In this document: one piece after another, positions 1-9,560 of the stretch | Numbering within the stretch: position 1 is the stretch's first letter | Layout: every line of letters starts with the position of its first letter | Origin: an uncultured Dehalococcoidia bacterium | GTDB taxonomy: Bacteria > Chloroflexota > Dehalococcoidia > Lucifugimonadales > UBA826 | Direction of reading: 5' to 3' | Assembly: GCA_964602845.1 (NCBI GenBank) | Contig: CAZRSW010000003.1 | Location: forward strand, 77,533-141,532 | Length of the DNA stretch: 64,000 bases | Made by a program: the position numbers and the translations under genes | Notes under the pieces: model-generated | What the model was told of the DNA's origin: nothing | What the model saw: only the letters and a program-made list of their open reading frames with translations | Databases searched by the model: none

Positions 1-1148
1 CTAGAACAAGTCAAGAAATTTCCGAACATATGGAGTTCCTTGGCTCGCAAATAACAACACATGTCGCTAGGGAATACACCATACTTGCAGCAGAAGGCTT
101 AACCCAACATTTTGAACAGATTATGGAATTACTGGGAGATGTGGTCTCCAATCCAACTTTTCCTGAAAGAGAGATAGAACGGTTACGAAAGGAGACTTTG
201 TCTAACTTGAATACAATTGTTGACTCTCCCACAGCCATAGCCGAGGTGGTAACAGCGGGATTACTGTACGGCAACGAAAGCCCCTATGGGCATTCATTAC
301 ATGGATCCAAAAACGCTATCGGGTCATTAACAAAGTCAGATCTACTAAACCACTATAAAAGCGTTACCTCAGTCGCTCCACTGTATTTAGTTTTGATCGG
401 AGACATAGATATCGATAAAGCTAAGAAGACATCAGAGCAATATCTCCTAGGTAGATCAAGTTGCAAATCCAATAATCCACCTAGTAAAAAGAATCCTGAT
501 CATCGAACACTTTCCCCTACCAAACTCTATCTCGTAGATAAACCGGGCTCCCCACAATCGATAATACGAGCCGGGCACCTTATTATGTCCCGAGAACATG
601 AGGATTTTGACTCATTCTCCTTCCTAAACTACATCATTGGTGGAGATTATTCTTCTCGTCTCAATATGAATCTCCGTCAAGATAAAGGATATAGCTATGG
701 ATTTCACTCTTCAATATCTTGGGTTAAGACTCAATCAGCGTGGCTCGCCAGAGGCAGCGTACAAAGTGAAGTAACAAAAGAATCTATTATTGAGATTATC
801 AATGAAGTTAGCTCTGCGAGAGGGGAAATGCCCATAACCGAAGAGGAATTCCATAATGCCAAGGACGGCATCTTAAAAAGTATCCCAGCGCAATATGCAA
901 CCCAACGGCAGATCATGGGACAGGTTCTTGAACTAGCATCATTCAATCTCCCAGATAATTACCTGGACACCAAAATGAAGAACATTAAGGAACTCAAGAT
1001 ATCAGACATACAAGGAATAGCCAAAAGAGGGATCCAGAGCGACAATTTGACCATTGTTATTGTAGGCGATCTATCAAATATACAACCTGAATTGTCACAA
1101 TTGGGCATACCAATAGAAGTAATAGACATCAACGACTACCTAAACTAG
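1..1148 (+). CDS. M16 (pitrilysin/insulinase) family peptidase, C-terminal portion; 5' end outside window
   Basis: The frame of the 30..1148 ORF stays open back to nt 3, with no stop before the window edge, so the gene is 5'-truncated. The translation has the usual M16 domain pattern (FPEREIERLRKETLSNL; YSSRLNMNLRQDKGYSYG). Family call is from recalled sequence patterns only. Confidence 0.7.
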   Translation, partial: RTSQEISEHMEFLGSQITTHVAREYTILAAEGLTQHFEQIMELLGDVVSNPTFPEREIERLRKETLSNLNTIVDSPTAIAEVVTAGLLYGNESPYGHSLHGSKNAIGSLTKSDLLNHYKSVTSVAPLYLVLIGDIDIDKAKKTSEQYLLGRSSCKSNNPPSKKNPDHRTLSPTKLYLVDKPGSPQSIIRAGHLIMSREHEDFDSFSFLNYIIGGDYSSRLNMNLRQDKGYSYGFHSSISWVKTQSAWLARGSVQSEVTKESIIEIINEVSSARGEMPITEEEFHNAKDGILKSIPAQYATQRQIMGQVLELASFNLPDNYLDTKMKNIKELKISDIQGIAKRGIQSDNLTIVIVGDLSNIQPELSQLGIPIEVIDINDYLN

Positions 1149-1365
1149 AGTGGATGAGGCGTCAAGCCTCCCTTGGTTTAGAACGGTACTATGAAACCTA
1201 TAACAGCAAGTCGATCACAGCTTCAGCAAACTCGAAAATACTTATCAAAGTCAGAAAAGGTAGTTGGAATGATAAATGCCGAAAACATACTGCCCACATC
1301 CTTGCATGTGTTAGAATCGCTTTTATAGTGTTGTGGAAATTCGGAAATACAGGCGGTAACGATAA

Positions 1366-1986
1366 ATGAATTGGCTAGATTTTGTTATATTAATCGTGTT
1401 GGCTCTGTGTATCTTTTGGGGCTCGCGAGCTGGGCTTGTTGGTGCTGCAATCAACTTTGTAGGCTTAATGATAGGCTGGGTCATCGCAGGTCGACTGTCC
1501 CCTACTATTGGCGGGATGTTTGGGGACTCGCCAAGTATGGACACTATCGTGACCGTTGTTACATATCTCCTCATCCTGGCCGCCGCTATCGCTATAACAC
1601 GTACAGCCCTTAAATTCCTGGGTCCGGGCATGGCAATCATAGATATGGCTACGCTAGGATTCAACAGACTAGGAGGACTGGCAGTAGGACTTTTGATAGG
1701 CATAATCATAAATGCTACTCTAGTCACGGGCATGACAAGACTAGCATACGACTTTGAGGTTGCTAATGGAGAAGAAGGGTCTCTAATTTCTAGCAATGTT
1801 GTGGTGCAAACCGAAAAAATCACTGCAAAGGTCGGTGGAACAAAGGAAAGAATAGAAGAAGGATTGACCGGATCCACCATTGTCCCTCCTTTCGTTAAAA
1901 CGATGAAATTCCTACCTGGAAATACGTTGGGATTTGTCCCCGCAGATTTCATGGCGGCCCTAGAAATTCTGGATACGAAGCTATAG
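1366..1986 (+). CDS. cvpA: CvpA family membrane protein (colicin V production protein-like)
   Basis: N-terminus MNWLDFVILIVLALCIFWGSRAGLVGAAINFVGL followed by several hydrophobic helices is typical of CvpA. The long antisense ORF 1323..1952 is treated as a shadow of this gene. Confidence 0.65.
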   Translation: MNWLDFVILIVLALCIFWGSRAGLVGAAINFVGLMIGWVIAGRLSPTIGGMFGDSPSMDTIVTVVTYLLILAAAIAITRTALKFLGPGMAIIDMATLGFNRLGGLAVGLLIGIIINATLVTGMTRLAYDFEVANGEEGSLISSNVVVQTEKITAKVGGTKERIEEGLTGSTIVPPFVKTMKFLPGNTLGFVPADFMAALEILDTKL

Positions 1987-1992
1987 ACGTTC

Positions 1993-2526
1993 GTGAATCA
2001 GAACACCTCAGCTCCATCGCTAAGGTCACCAGTATTGGTCTTAAATCAAAACTACCAGCCGTTAAATATATGTACGGCGCGACGAGCCCTAGTGCTAATG
2101 GGTCTTGGCAAAGCTGAAATCATAGTCAATGGCGCAGGAGAATTGCATACAGTTTCCCACACCCTGCCAATACCCTCCGTCGTAAGGCTGTTTTACTTAG
2201 TACGGAAACCCTTGGTAAGACGTCGCTTGTCGAGGAGAGCGGTATTTTATAGAGACAACTTCACGTGCCAATATTGTGACATTGAAACTAACAAGCTTAC
2301 CATCGACCATATCATACCAAGATCACGAGGGGGAGAACACAATTGGGAAAACATTGTTAGCGCTTGTATAACATGCAATCATAAAAAGGCAGGATTAACT
2401 TTGAAGGAAGCTAATATGCGGCTGAAAAAGACTGCAGAAGTACCCAAACCCAACCCTTATTACATGTTCTATCATAGAAAACTAGAAGAGGAATGGCGAC
2501 CATTTATACCGTGGGAGAAAAAATGA
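1993..2526 (+). CDS. HNH endonuclease family protein
   Basis: GTG start. HNH/zinc motif CQYCD...LTIDHIIPRSRGGEHNWENIVSACITCNHKK. Confidence 0.8.
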   Translation: MNQNTSAPSLRSPVLVLNQNYQPLNICTARRALVLMGLGKAEIIVNGAGELHTVSHTLPIPSVVRLFYLVRKPLVRRRLSRRAVFYRDNFTCQYCDIETNKLTIDHIIPRSRGGEHNWENIVSACITCNHKKAGLTLKEANMRLKKTAEVPKPNPYYMFYHRKLEEEWRPFIPWEKK

Positions 2527-3597
2527 TCACTTTGATCCTAGGGCGTTACTGTTGCTACAACTGGGCAGTTTAAGCATCAGATTATCAAAAACCAATCTGT
2601 GATTAACATTGCTACGTATAAAGTGTGCTGACTTATCAATTGCAGACATAACCTTGAGCATATCAGTCAAGCTGATAATCTTACAAAAATGCTCAAACGT
2701 AGACAATCTCGACAAATTGAAGACAGACTGCAAGCTACCAATTTTCACCATTATTAAATCTCTCCACCATTCCAACCACAGATTGATCTCCTCACGATAT
2801 ATGTCGTAGCTCATCCCATAAGCCTTTGAGATTACATTCGAATACACAAATCTATCTTCCAGATCACCAGCGACAGTCTCTTCAATCAAAGTGAACGCTC
2901 GCTCTCTCTTGTTCATAATATCTGGTCTGAGGAACGCGGCTTTGGCCCAATCTATTCTTCCCCTCGCTATACGAGCTATCTCCCTAACATGAGGGCCAGA
3001 ATTTGATTCATCATCTTCACCCTCGATTCTTCCCAAATATTCTTCTATTGTGTGACAAGGTATGGGTTCCAACTCCAATATTTGGCATCTAGATGAAATA
3101 GTGCTTAAAACATTCAATATGTTATTTGCTTGCAACAAAATCATGGTGTTTTGAGGAGGCTCTTCAAGCGTCTTTAAAAGTATGTTCGCCTGGTCAGCCC
3201 TCAAATCGTCCACACCAGAAAAAATAAATACTCTCATACGACCTTCAAATGGTTTTCTGTTTACGCGCGTGAGAAAATCGTCTCTTAGGACATCCATGCT
3301 TATAGCTTTATACGCTATTTGGTTAGCCTTAGATGAATTTCCTATAGCAAAATAGAACACGTCAGTATGAGTATAATTTTCGATTCGTATGCACTGAGGA
3401 CAATCACTACAAGGCTTACGATGAGACTCAGAATCGAGACAGTTCACGAATCTTGCTACATCTTGAGCAAACAAACTTTTGCCTATCCCTTCAATCCCAG
3501 TAATCAGGTAAGCATGAGCGACTTTTCCTAAAACATTTGCTCGGACAATGCTACTGCGCGCTTTAGAATGGCCTACTGTATTCCACATACCCAACAC
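2527..3597 (-). CDS. holB: DNA polymerase III subunit delta'
   Basis: HAYLITGIEGIGKS Walker-like loop, Cys cluster CSDCPQC, LLKTLEEPP motif and SRCQ sensor motif. Its stop abuts the HNH gene stop with no gap. Confidence 0.8.
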   Translation of the reverse strand: MLGMWNTVGHSKARSSIVRANVLGKVAHAYLITGIEGIGKSLFAQDVARFVNCLDSESHRKPCSDCPQCIRIENYTHTDVFYFAIGNSSKANQIAYKAISMDVLRDDFLTRVNRKPFEGRMRVFIFSGVDDLRADQANILLKTLEEPPQNTMILLQANNILNVLSTISSRCQILELEPIPCHTIEEYLGRIEGEDDESNSGPHVREIARIARGRIDWAKAAFLRPDIMNKRERAFTLIEETVAGDLEDRFVYSNVISKAYGMSYDIYREEINLWLEWWRDLIMVKIGSLQSVFNLSRLSTFEHFCKIISLTDMLKVMSAIDKSAHFIRSNVNHRLVFDNLMLKLPSCSNSNALGSK

Positions 3598-3740
3598 ATA
3601 TTATCTTTCAACTAATCCGATTCTATATCAACACCTTTAGTAATTAAAACCCAAAGGAGATAATCCCCAAAGGCGTCGTATGCATAAATTGTAGACCCTG
3701 GTACCTACAAAAGCGTGAAGTCAAATAAAGATATTAGCGG

Positions 3741-3746
3741 TATAAT
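3741..3746 (+). promoter_or_regulatory. candidate -10 element (TATAAT) upstream of htpX
   Basis: A perfect TATAAT lies 32 nt upstream of the htpX ATG, followed by AGGAGG 7 nt before the start. No convincing -35 element was seen. Confidence 0.3.
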
Positions 3747-3777
3747 ATGAAAGGACAGGATAGTCAGGAGGTCAATC

Positions 3778-4716
3778 ATGCTGAATAAGACTCCAAAGAG
3801 TCACGCAATAGGCAGAGATTTCGGTCTGACCGCTCGTATGGCGTTAACGTTGGTACTACTTGGAGTAGCCTACCTAGCCCTATTTGGATTGTTGCTTATA
3901 GCTGGGATTAATCCAATTATAGTCATCGTTTTGGGAATAGCGATGGTATTTTTTCAATATTACATGTCAGACAAGCTTGTACTAGCCGCCACCAAAGCTA
4001 AGGTTGTCACAGAGGAGGAACAACCTAAGCTCCATGAAATGATCGACAGAATTTCAGCAGCAGCCGGAATTCCTAAACCAAAGAAGATAGCCATTATGGA
4101 CGAAGATGCCCCGAATGCATTCGCCACTGGTAGAAACCCGAAGAATTCCACAGTAGCAGTTACAACTGGGCTTATATCAAAATTAAACAACGATGAGCTT
4201 GAAGCAGTTATAGGCCATGAACTGGCCCACATCAAGAATCGAGACGTAATGGTTATGACATGGGCCAGCCTTATTATCGTTATTGCAGGCTATCTGATGC
4301 AAATGATGTTTTGGATGAGTTTGTTTGGAGGATTCGGTGGCCACCGCAGAAGTGGGGGCGGACAAGGAAATGCTTTCGCAATAATGATGCTTGTTTATGT
4401 AGGTGTCATATTAATCTACTTTGTAAGCCAAATGCTTATTATGGCCCTTTCTAGGTATCGGGAATTTGCAGCTGATAGAGGCGGCGCCTCCGTAACCGGA
4501 AACCCATCAGCCTTAGCGAGTGCATTGAGAAAAATAAGCGATCAAATGTCACTTATACCTGAGAAGGATCTCCGTCAGGTCGAACACGCCAACGCATTCT
4601 TCATAATCCCGGTATTAAAATCAGGCTTCTTGAGCTCGATGGGAGCCAGTCACCCACCAACGGAAAAAAGAATACAACGACTGCTAGAGATGGAAAATAC
4701 CCTGAGGGCCGGCTGA
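3778..4716 (+). CDS. htpX: M48 family zinc metalloprotease HtpX
   Basis: HELAHIKNRD (HExxH) motif, flanking transmembrane segments, and a strong AGGAGG RBS. Confidence 0.85.
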   Translation: MLNKTPKSHAIGRDFGLTARMALTLVLLGVAYLALFGLLLIAGINPIIVIVLGIAMVFFQYYMSDKLVLAATKAKVVTEEEQPKLHEMIDRISAAAGIPKPKKIAIMDEDAPNAFATGRNPKNSTVAVTTGLISKLNNDELEAVIGHELAHIKNRDVMVMTWASLIIVIAGYLMQMMFWMSLFGGFGGHRRSGGGQGNAFAIMMLVYVGVILIYFVSQMLIMALSRYREFAADRGGASVTGNPSALASALRKISDQMSLIPEKDLRQVEHANAFFIIPVLKSGFLSSMGASHPPTEKRIQRLLEMENTLRAG

Positions 4717-4736
4717 CTGTTTGAGCGTATTCGTCT

Positions 4737-5303
4737 ATGTCATTTATAAAAGCTTTGTTTACCCTAGTACGGACTCAAAAAAGCGAGACGGATCTCTTAC
4801 GATTGCTAGATAGCTTAGAGCATTCTACTCTGGATGGATCCCAAATTTCCTCAACAAACGAGGCTGCGCTAATCATGAGCCCTAACAACCATCCTTTCTT
4901 TAACGATTTGCCAAATTCCGCTCACGAAATACTCAGTAACACCGGCTACGAAAACAACATAGGAATTCGTTTAGAGGATGACAACTTTGGTACTAAATGG
5001 ATAATTTTTTCCGGAACCAATGGTGCAATATTAACGTCACTAGTCGACTCTATGAGCAAGGCGCTGGCAAATATACAGTTGGCTGATCAAATGATAGCTG
5101 CCGTTTTCAAATTCAATATAAACCTCAAGCCCATTTATTGTATCTGCAACTATCGCACGAAAAAATTCTACCCCTTTTCACCAATGGATAAGAAAACCAG
5201 AGACACAGATTTGGAAATGAACTTTGTTCACATACTTTCAACCCAAGGCATACCAATCGAACCTATTGAGCAATGGTATGCGCTCTGGGAAACTCCATTT
5301 TAA
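4737..5303 (+). CDS. hypothetical protein (188 aa), co-directional with htpX
   Basis: Uninterrupted ORF starting 20 nt after htpX. I recognise no motif. Confidence 0.5.
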   Translation: MSFIKALFTLVRTQKSETDLLRLLDSLEHSTLDGSQISSTNEAALIMSPNNHPFFNDLPNSAHEILSNTGYENNIGIRLEDDNFGTKWIIFSGTNGAILTSLVDSMSKALANIQLADQMIAAVFKFNINLKPIYCICNYRTKKFYPFSPMDKKTRDTDLEMNFVHILSTQGIPIEPIEQWYALWETPF

Positions 5304-5309
5304 CTAAGT

Positions 5310-5552
5310 TTATTGCCGAGGTTCCCCATTAGAATGATGATCTTTCATAGAGAATAATCTAAGACACAAAACTATGGTCAAAGGAATGGATATCACGAGA
5401 CAGGATAGCAACGTCAACATCAAATAAGGTCCCAAACCAATGAACCTGTCGATTGCTTCTATGATCCAGGAAAGAAGTATCGGATCACCCGGTTCGGAAT
5501 GGTGCGGAAGCGATTTCGGATCATTGAACCAAATATTTGATATATTTAGCAT
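5310..5552 (-). CDS. hypothetical small membrane protein (80 aa)
   Basis: ORF with one clear hydrophobic segment (YLMLTLLSCLVISIPLTIVLCLRLF). No family assignment. Confidence 0.3.
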   Translation of the reverse strand: MLNISNIWFNDPKSLPHHSEPGDPILLSWIIEAIDRFIGLGPYLMLTLLSCLVISIPLTIVLCLRLFSMKDHHSNGEPRQ

Positions 5553-5713
5553 GGCTACTCTACCAATTTGTACAACCTACGTTACAGAACTCAAAATGAC
5601 ACTCATAGATCATACTTGAAAAAACATGATTTTACTTAACACTCCACAATAATATGATTGAAACTATATTGGCAATATTAAAGAGGATCTTTCACAGCTA
5701 AACACGAGATACT

Positions 5714-7624
5714 ATGGCAATTCTGGGCGCTCATAACTTACAACTCCATTACGCCGACATTGAAATATTTTCTGACGTTACCCTGCAAGTCGACGATTGC
5801 TCGCGAATCGGGATAGTGGGGCAAAACGGTTCAGGGAAAACATCCCTCATAAATGTTTTACTTGGTCAACAAAACTTCGACAGAGGGAACGTATTCGTCA
5901 CAGAAGGGCTCAAGATTGGATACGTCCCCCAGATGCCTTTAACCCAGGGTACAGGAACGTTAAGAGATCAAATCATGGAAACTTTTGCGGATATTATCGC
6001 ATTGGAATCAAAAATCGAAGCAAGCGCAGAGAATATACAAAGTAGCACCCCCGAACAAAGGACTAAGGCCGAAAATAATTACGCCAATCTGGTAGATCAA
6101 TATGAGAGATTGGGAGGCTATGACTACCATAATGTAGCAGATCGCGTTATAGAAGGAATTGGCCTTAGGCCAGAGATCCTTAATACTAGGGTCTCTGACG
6201 CCAGTGGAGGTGAACGGACTAGAGCGGCGTTGGCAGCAGCCTTACTCACCAATCCAGATCTATTAATATTGGATGAACCAACCAATTATCTCGACATCAA
6301 AGGTTTAGAGTGGCTGGAAGACTTTTTAAACAAATTCCAAAATGCGTTCTCCGTAATTTCCCACGACCGGTACTTCCTTGACCGTGTGGCTAAAGAAATT
6401 TGGGACCTAGATGCAGGACGGCTAAGACAGTATAAGGGGAACTATAGCAAATACAAAGACCAGAAATTAGAGGCTCTAAAACACCTACATCGTGAATACG
6501 AAAAACAGCAATCTTTCATAAAAAGAGAACAATCTTTCATATCACGTTATCATGCAGGACAACGTTCAAAAGAAGCCAGAGGTAGGGCCAGGAGGCTCAA
6601 CAAAATAAAACAAATCGAAGTCCCGAAAGATCAAGACATCATGCATATCTCGTTGCGACCTGCGGAGAGATCTGGAGAAACGGTCGTGCAGACCAACGAT
6701 TTAGTTATAGGACATTCGGAGGGGCAAGCACAAAAAAAGCTGTTAAGCATTCCCGACAATAAAATTCAACGCGGTACTGTAACGGCCATAATTGGGGGCA
6801 ACGGAACCGGCAAATCGACTCTTTTAAGTACTATCATCGGAGAAACTATGCCCCTACAGGGCACCATAGCTTTTGGGCACAACGTAAAATTTGCATATTA
6901 TCGTCAAGGAGCAGATGACATACCAGGCGATAAATCTATTATAGATGCACTACTTGAGATAAGGAATATCCCAATCGGAGAAGCAAGAAATTATCTAGCC
7001 CGATTCCTATTCTCGGGTGACGAAGTTTACGAAAAAGTCGAATCTTTGAGCGGCGGTGAGAAGAGCAAACTCGCTCTTGCACGGCTACTCATTCGACAGC
7101 CTAATTTGCTCATTCTTGACGAGCCAAGTACCCATCTTGACATACCGAGCCAAGAAGCAATTGAAGTGATGCTTAAAGGTTTCGATGGGACAATCCTTTT
7201 GGTTTCTCATGATAGGCGATTGATATCGATGATTGCAGATAAATTATGGGTTGTTGATCAAGACAAAATTATGATATTTAATGGAACATACAAAGAATGG
7301 ACTGGTAGGAATAATTCATCGACTTATAAGACTCCAACAAAGCAACCACGTTTGAACAAAAGACCAATAGGCAAATCCAACAAACCTAGGTCTGCTTCAA
7401 AAAAAACTAAGGCTGGGAAACCATCAGCGCAAGATAATTATATTGAGGAAAGAGTCCTATCTCTTGAAAACCAAATTAAAGTTATAGAAGAGAAGCTTGA
7501 AGAAGCTTCGGATCTTGGTGACATAGACAAAATACGATCATATGGCCATGAGCACAAACAACTTAGTCTTGAACTAGATAATGTCCTCCATAAATGGGAG
7601 GGTCAAGATTCTCCAACTCCATAA
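5714..7624 (+). CDS. ABC-F family ATPase (two ABC domains, no membrane domain)
   Basis: Two Walker A loops (GQNGSGKT, GGNGTGKS), two signature motifs (ASGGERTR, LSGGEKSK), Walker B LILDEPT/LILDEPS, a charged linker and a C-terminal coiled-coil tail. Confidence 0.85.
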   Translation: MAILGAHNLQLHYADIEIFSDVTLQVDDCSRIGIVGQNGSGKTSLINVLLGQQNFDRGNVFVTEGLKIGYVPQMPLTQGTGTLRDQIMETFADIIALESKIEASAENIQSSTPEQRTKAENNYANLVDQYERLGGYDYHNVADRVIEGIGLRPEILNTRVSDASGGERTRAALAAALLTNPDLLILDEPTNYLDIKGLEWLEDFLNKFQNAFSVISHDRYFLDRVAKEIWDLDAGRLRQYKGNYSKYKDQKLEALKHLHREYEKQQSFIKREQSFISRYHAGQRSKEARGRARRLNKIKQIEVPKDQDIMHISLRPAERSGETVVQTNDLVIGHSEGQAQKKLLSIPDNKIQRGTVTAIIGGNGTGKSTLLSTIIGETMPLQGTIAFGHNVKFAYYRQGADDIPGDKSIIDALLEIRNIPIGEARNYLARFLFSGDEVYEKVESLSGGEKSKLALARLLIRQPNLLILDEPSTHLDIPSQEAIEVMLKGFDGTILLVSHDRRLISMIADKLWVVDQDKIMIFNGTYKEWTGRNNSSTYKTPTKQPRLNKRPIGKSNKPRSASKKTKAGKPSAQDNYIEERVLSLENQIKVIEEKLEEASDLGDIDKIRSYGHEHKQLSLELDNVLHKWEGQDSPTP

Positions 7625-8208
7625 ATCCCATAGGCCTCATCATAATCTCTCTTATTGTTCAAATCTAGTCTAACTTGTGGATCTTGCAAGTCTACAAAAT
7701 TTATAAACTTTTTATAGCGCTCAAAAACACCCTTAACTCCCAATGAATCGTCGTCAACAGACATCAGATCTCCCAAAATACTACTAGAAAATATAGCAGG
7801 GTGCCCTCTTCTACCGTTAACCATAGGTGAAGTTATAAGGGCAGAATTATCTTTATGCGACACAATAAGTCTGCTAACGATTGATTTGGTCCTTGGCTGA
7901 TCAACCCCTAGCAGTACTATCGAGTGTTGAGACTCTGAGACGGCCGACATTCCAATTCTTATGGACAAAGCTTTACTGTGCCTAAAATCTGGATTGTGCA
8001 CTATTTTCACACCGGTGCAGCGTATATCGTCCTCTATTCTCTTAGTTTTATAACCAAGAACCACAATTATTTCATCACATCCTGATTCATCAAGAACTCC
8101 TATTTGGTGACGTATCATAGTAGTCCCTTTCCAGGGTAAAAGTTGTTTCAATTCCCCCATACGACTAGAAACTCCAGCCGCGGTTAGCACCGCAGAAACA
8201 CCTTTCAA
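7603..8208 (-). CDS. MobA-like NTP transferase (molybdenum cofactor cytidylyl/guanylyltransferase, MocA-like)
   Basis: N-terminal AVLTAAGVSSRMGELKQLLPW nucleotidyltransferase loop. Directly downstream of xdhC. The 3' end overlaps the convergent ABC-F gene by 22 nt. Confidence 0.7.
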   Translation of the reverse strand: MKGVSAVLTAAGVSSRMGELKQLLPWKGTTMIRHQIGVLDESGCDEIIVVLGYKTKRIEDDIRCTGVKIVHNPDFRHSKALSIRIGMSAVSESQHSIVLLGVDQPRTKSIVSRLIVSHKDNSALITSPMVNGRRGHPAIFSSSILGDLMSVDDDSLGVKGVFERYKKFINFVDLQDPQVRLDLNNKRDYDEAYGIYGVGES

Positions 8209-8214
8209 AGTATT

Positions 8215-9357
8215 CTACTTGACCCTTACAGTCGACTCGAGTTCAATCCGCACTTTCTCTTGAATCCGTGTCAAGTGGCTATCCTCTATTTTCATAGCCA
8301 CCCCTGATCCTCCCAATCGAAACATCAATATCTCCGATATTATGCTGACAGCGATTTCCTCTGGGGTACGTGCCTTGATATCTAGGCCAATTGGAGAACG
8401 AATTTCCTTGACGCGTTCTATTGGCAAACCATTCCTCAAAAGATCTTCATATATTAAAATGGTCTTCCTTAAACTTCCCATTAAGCCAACGTACCTCGCC
8501 TTGGTCTGGGCGGCTGCCATAAGAGCACTACCATCATACCTATGCCCTCGTGTGGCAATAACGATAAAAGTATTTGGGTTGACCGGCAATTTGCGTAACG
8601 CTTTTTCAGGCTTTTCATCCATGACGATATCAGCTTCTGGGAACCTATCTAAATTAGCAAATTCCTTGCGATCGTCCGTAACAAACAACCTAAATCCCAA
8701 CGGCTTAGCTAAAACGGAAATTGCCTTAGAGACATGTCCCCCTCCACATAATACTAGTTGAGGCGGAGTAGTATATGCCTCTAAAAAATATTCTAGCCCT
8801 TGATCCCCAACTACATATTGATTTTGCCCATGAATCATCAAAGACTTAGCTTTCGTTATCGCGTCTTCATCCACCACTTTATCCCCCAAAGATCCTTCAA
8901 CCTCCCCATTTTCTCTTATTAAGAGTTTGTCTCCTAAAGAAACATTATTTGAACCTACCTTTGTTACAGTTGCTACCGCTACCGCTCCATGACCCGCATA
9001 GGCCTCTCGAATTTCCTCAGCATGGGGCAAGTATTGATCGGGCTGATAAATCGGATCAATAAGAAAGTACATGGTTCCACCGCAAACCAAACCATCTTCA
9101 GCCGCCAATTCCTCATTCAGTTCGTACTCACGATACTTGGGCCCCTCCCCCTGTGCCATCATCTGCTTAGCCGCAAACCAAATATCCCCTTCAACGCACC
9201 CACCTCCTAGAGTCCCTGCACCAGTACCATCTTCCCTAACTAACAGCTTAGCCCCAGGTTTCTGTGGAGTAGATCCTTTTGTCCTAATTACCGTAGCCAG
9301 AACGATCCGTTCACCTTTTTCCAATCTGACCACAGCCTCACGAAATACTTCCTGCAT
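8215..9357 (-). CDS. xdhC: XdhC/CoxI family molybdenum-hydroxylase maturation factor
   Basis: Two-domain layout: N-terminal VIRTKGSTPQKPGAK and a C-terminal Rossmann-like LVLCGGGHVSKAI, both typical of XdhC. Confidence 0.8.
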   Translation of the reverse strand: MQEVFREAVVRLEKGERIVLATVIRTKGSTPQKPGAKLLVREDGTGAGTLGGGCVEGDIWFAAKQMMAQGEGPKYREYELNEELAAEDGLVCGGTMYFLIDPIYQPDQYLPHAEEIREAYAGHGAVAVATVTKVGSNNVSLGDKLLIRENGEVEGSLGDKVVDEDAITKAKSLMIHGQNQYVVGDQGLEYFLEAYTTPPQLVLCGGGHVSKAISVLAKPLGFRLFVTDDRKEFANLDRFPEADIVMDEKPEKALRKLPVNPNTFIVIATRGHRYDGSALMAAAQTKARYVGLMGSLRKTILIYEDLLRNGLPIERVKEIRSPIGLDIKARTPEEIAVSIISEILMFRLGGSGVAMKIEDSHLTRIQEKVRIELESTVRVK

Positions 9358-9560
9358 TATGCTTCCTTATACATTCATTGGTTCGATCAATCGAGGCCCC
9401 ATTCAAGCTATCGACCATGTTAAATTATCAAGTGTTAGCTCTCTATTATATCAATCTCGGAATTCACCAAGATATCTGCTAATTGCGTGGAAATAATACA
9501 CGCTTTATACTCAAAAGTGAGTAACCTAATCAAACGAAATAGATATAGGATCCCTCTATA

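Noticed and set aside
1154-1369. 71-aa basic ORF filling the M16-cvpA gap and ending in an ATGA overlap with cvpA
   Set aside because: There is no RBS and no recognisable motif, and a hairpin (GAGGC/GCCTC, 1156-1170) sits on its start. The coupling geometry is suggestive but not enough for me to call a gene.
1323-1952. 209-aa minus-strand ORF almost exactly antisense to cvpA
   Set aside because: The plus-strand product has the recognisable CvpA N-terminus and helices. The antisense translation is low-complexity (P/S/T/I-rich) with no motif. It is a typical shadow ORF.
8342-9496. Plus-strand ORFs (139 aa and 141 aa) antisense to xdhC
   Set aside because: XdhC on the minus strand is motif-supported over its full length. 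The antisense ORFs are Pro/Ser-rich shadows.
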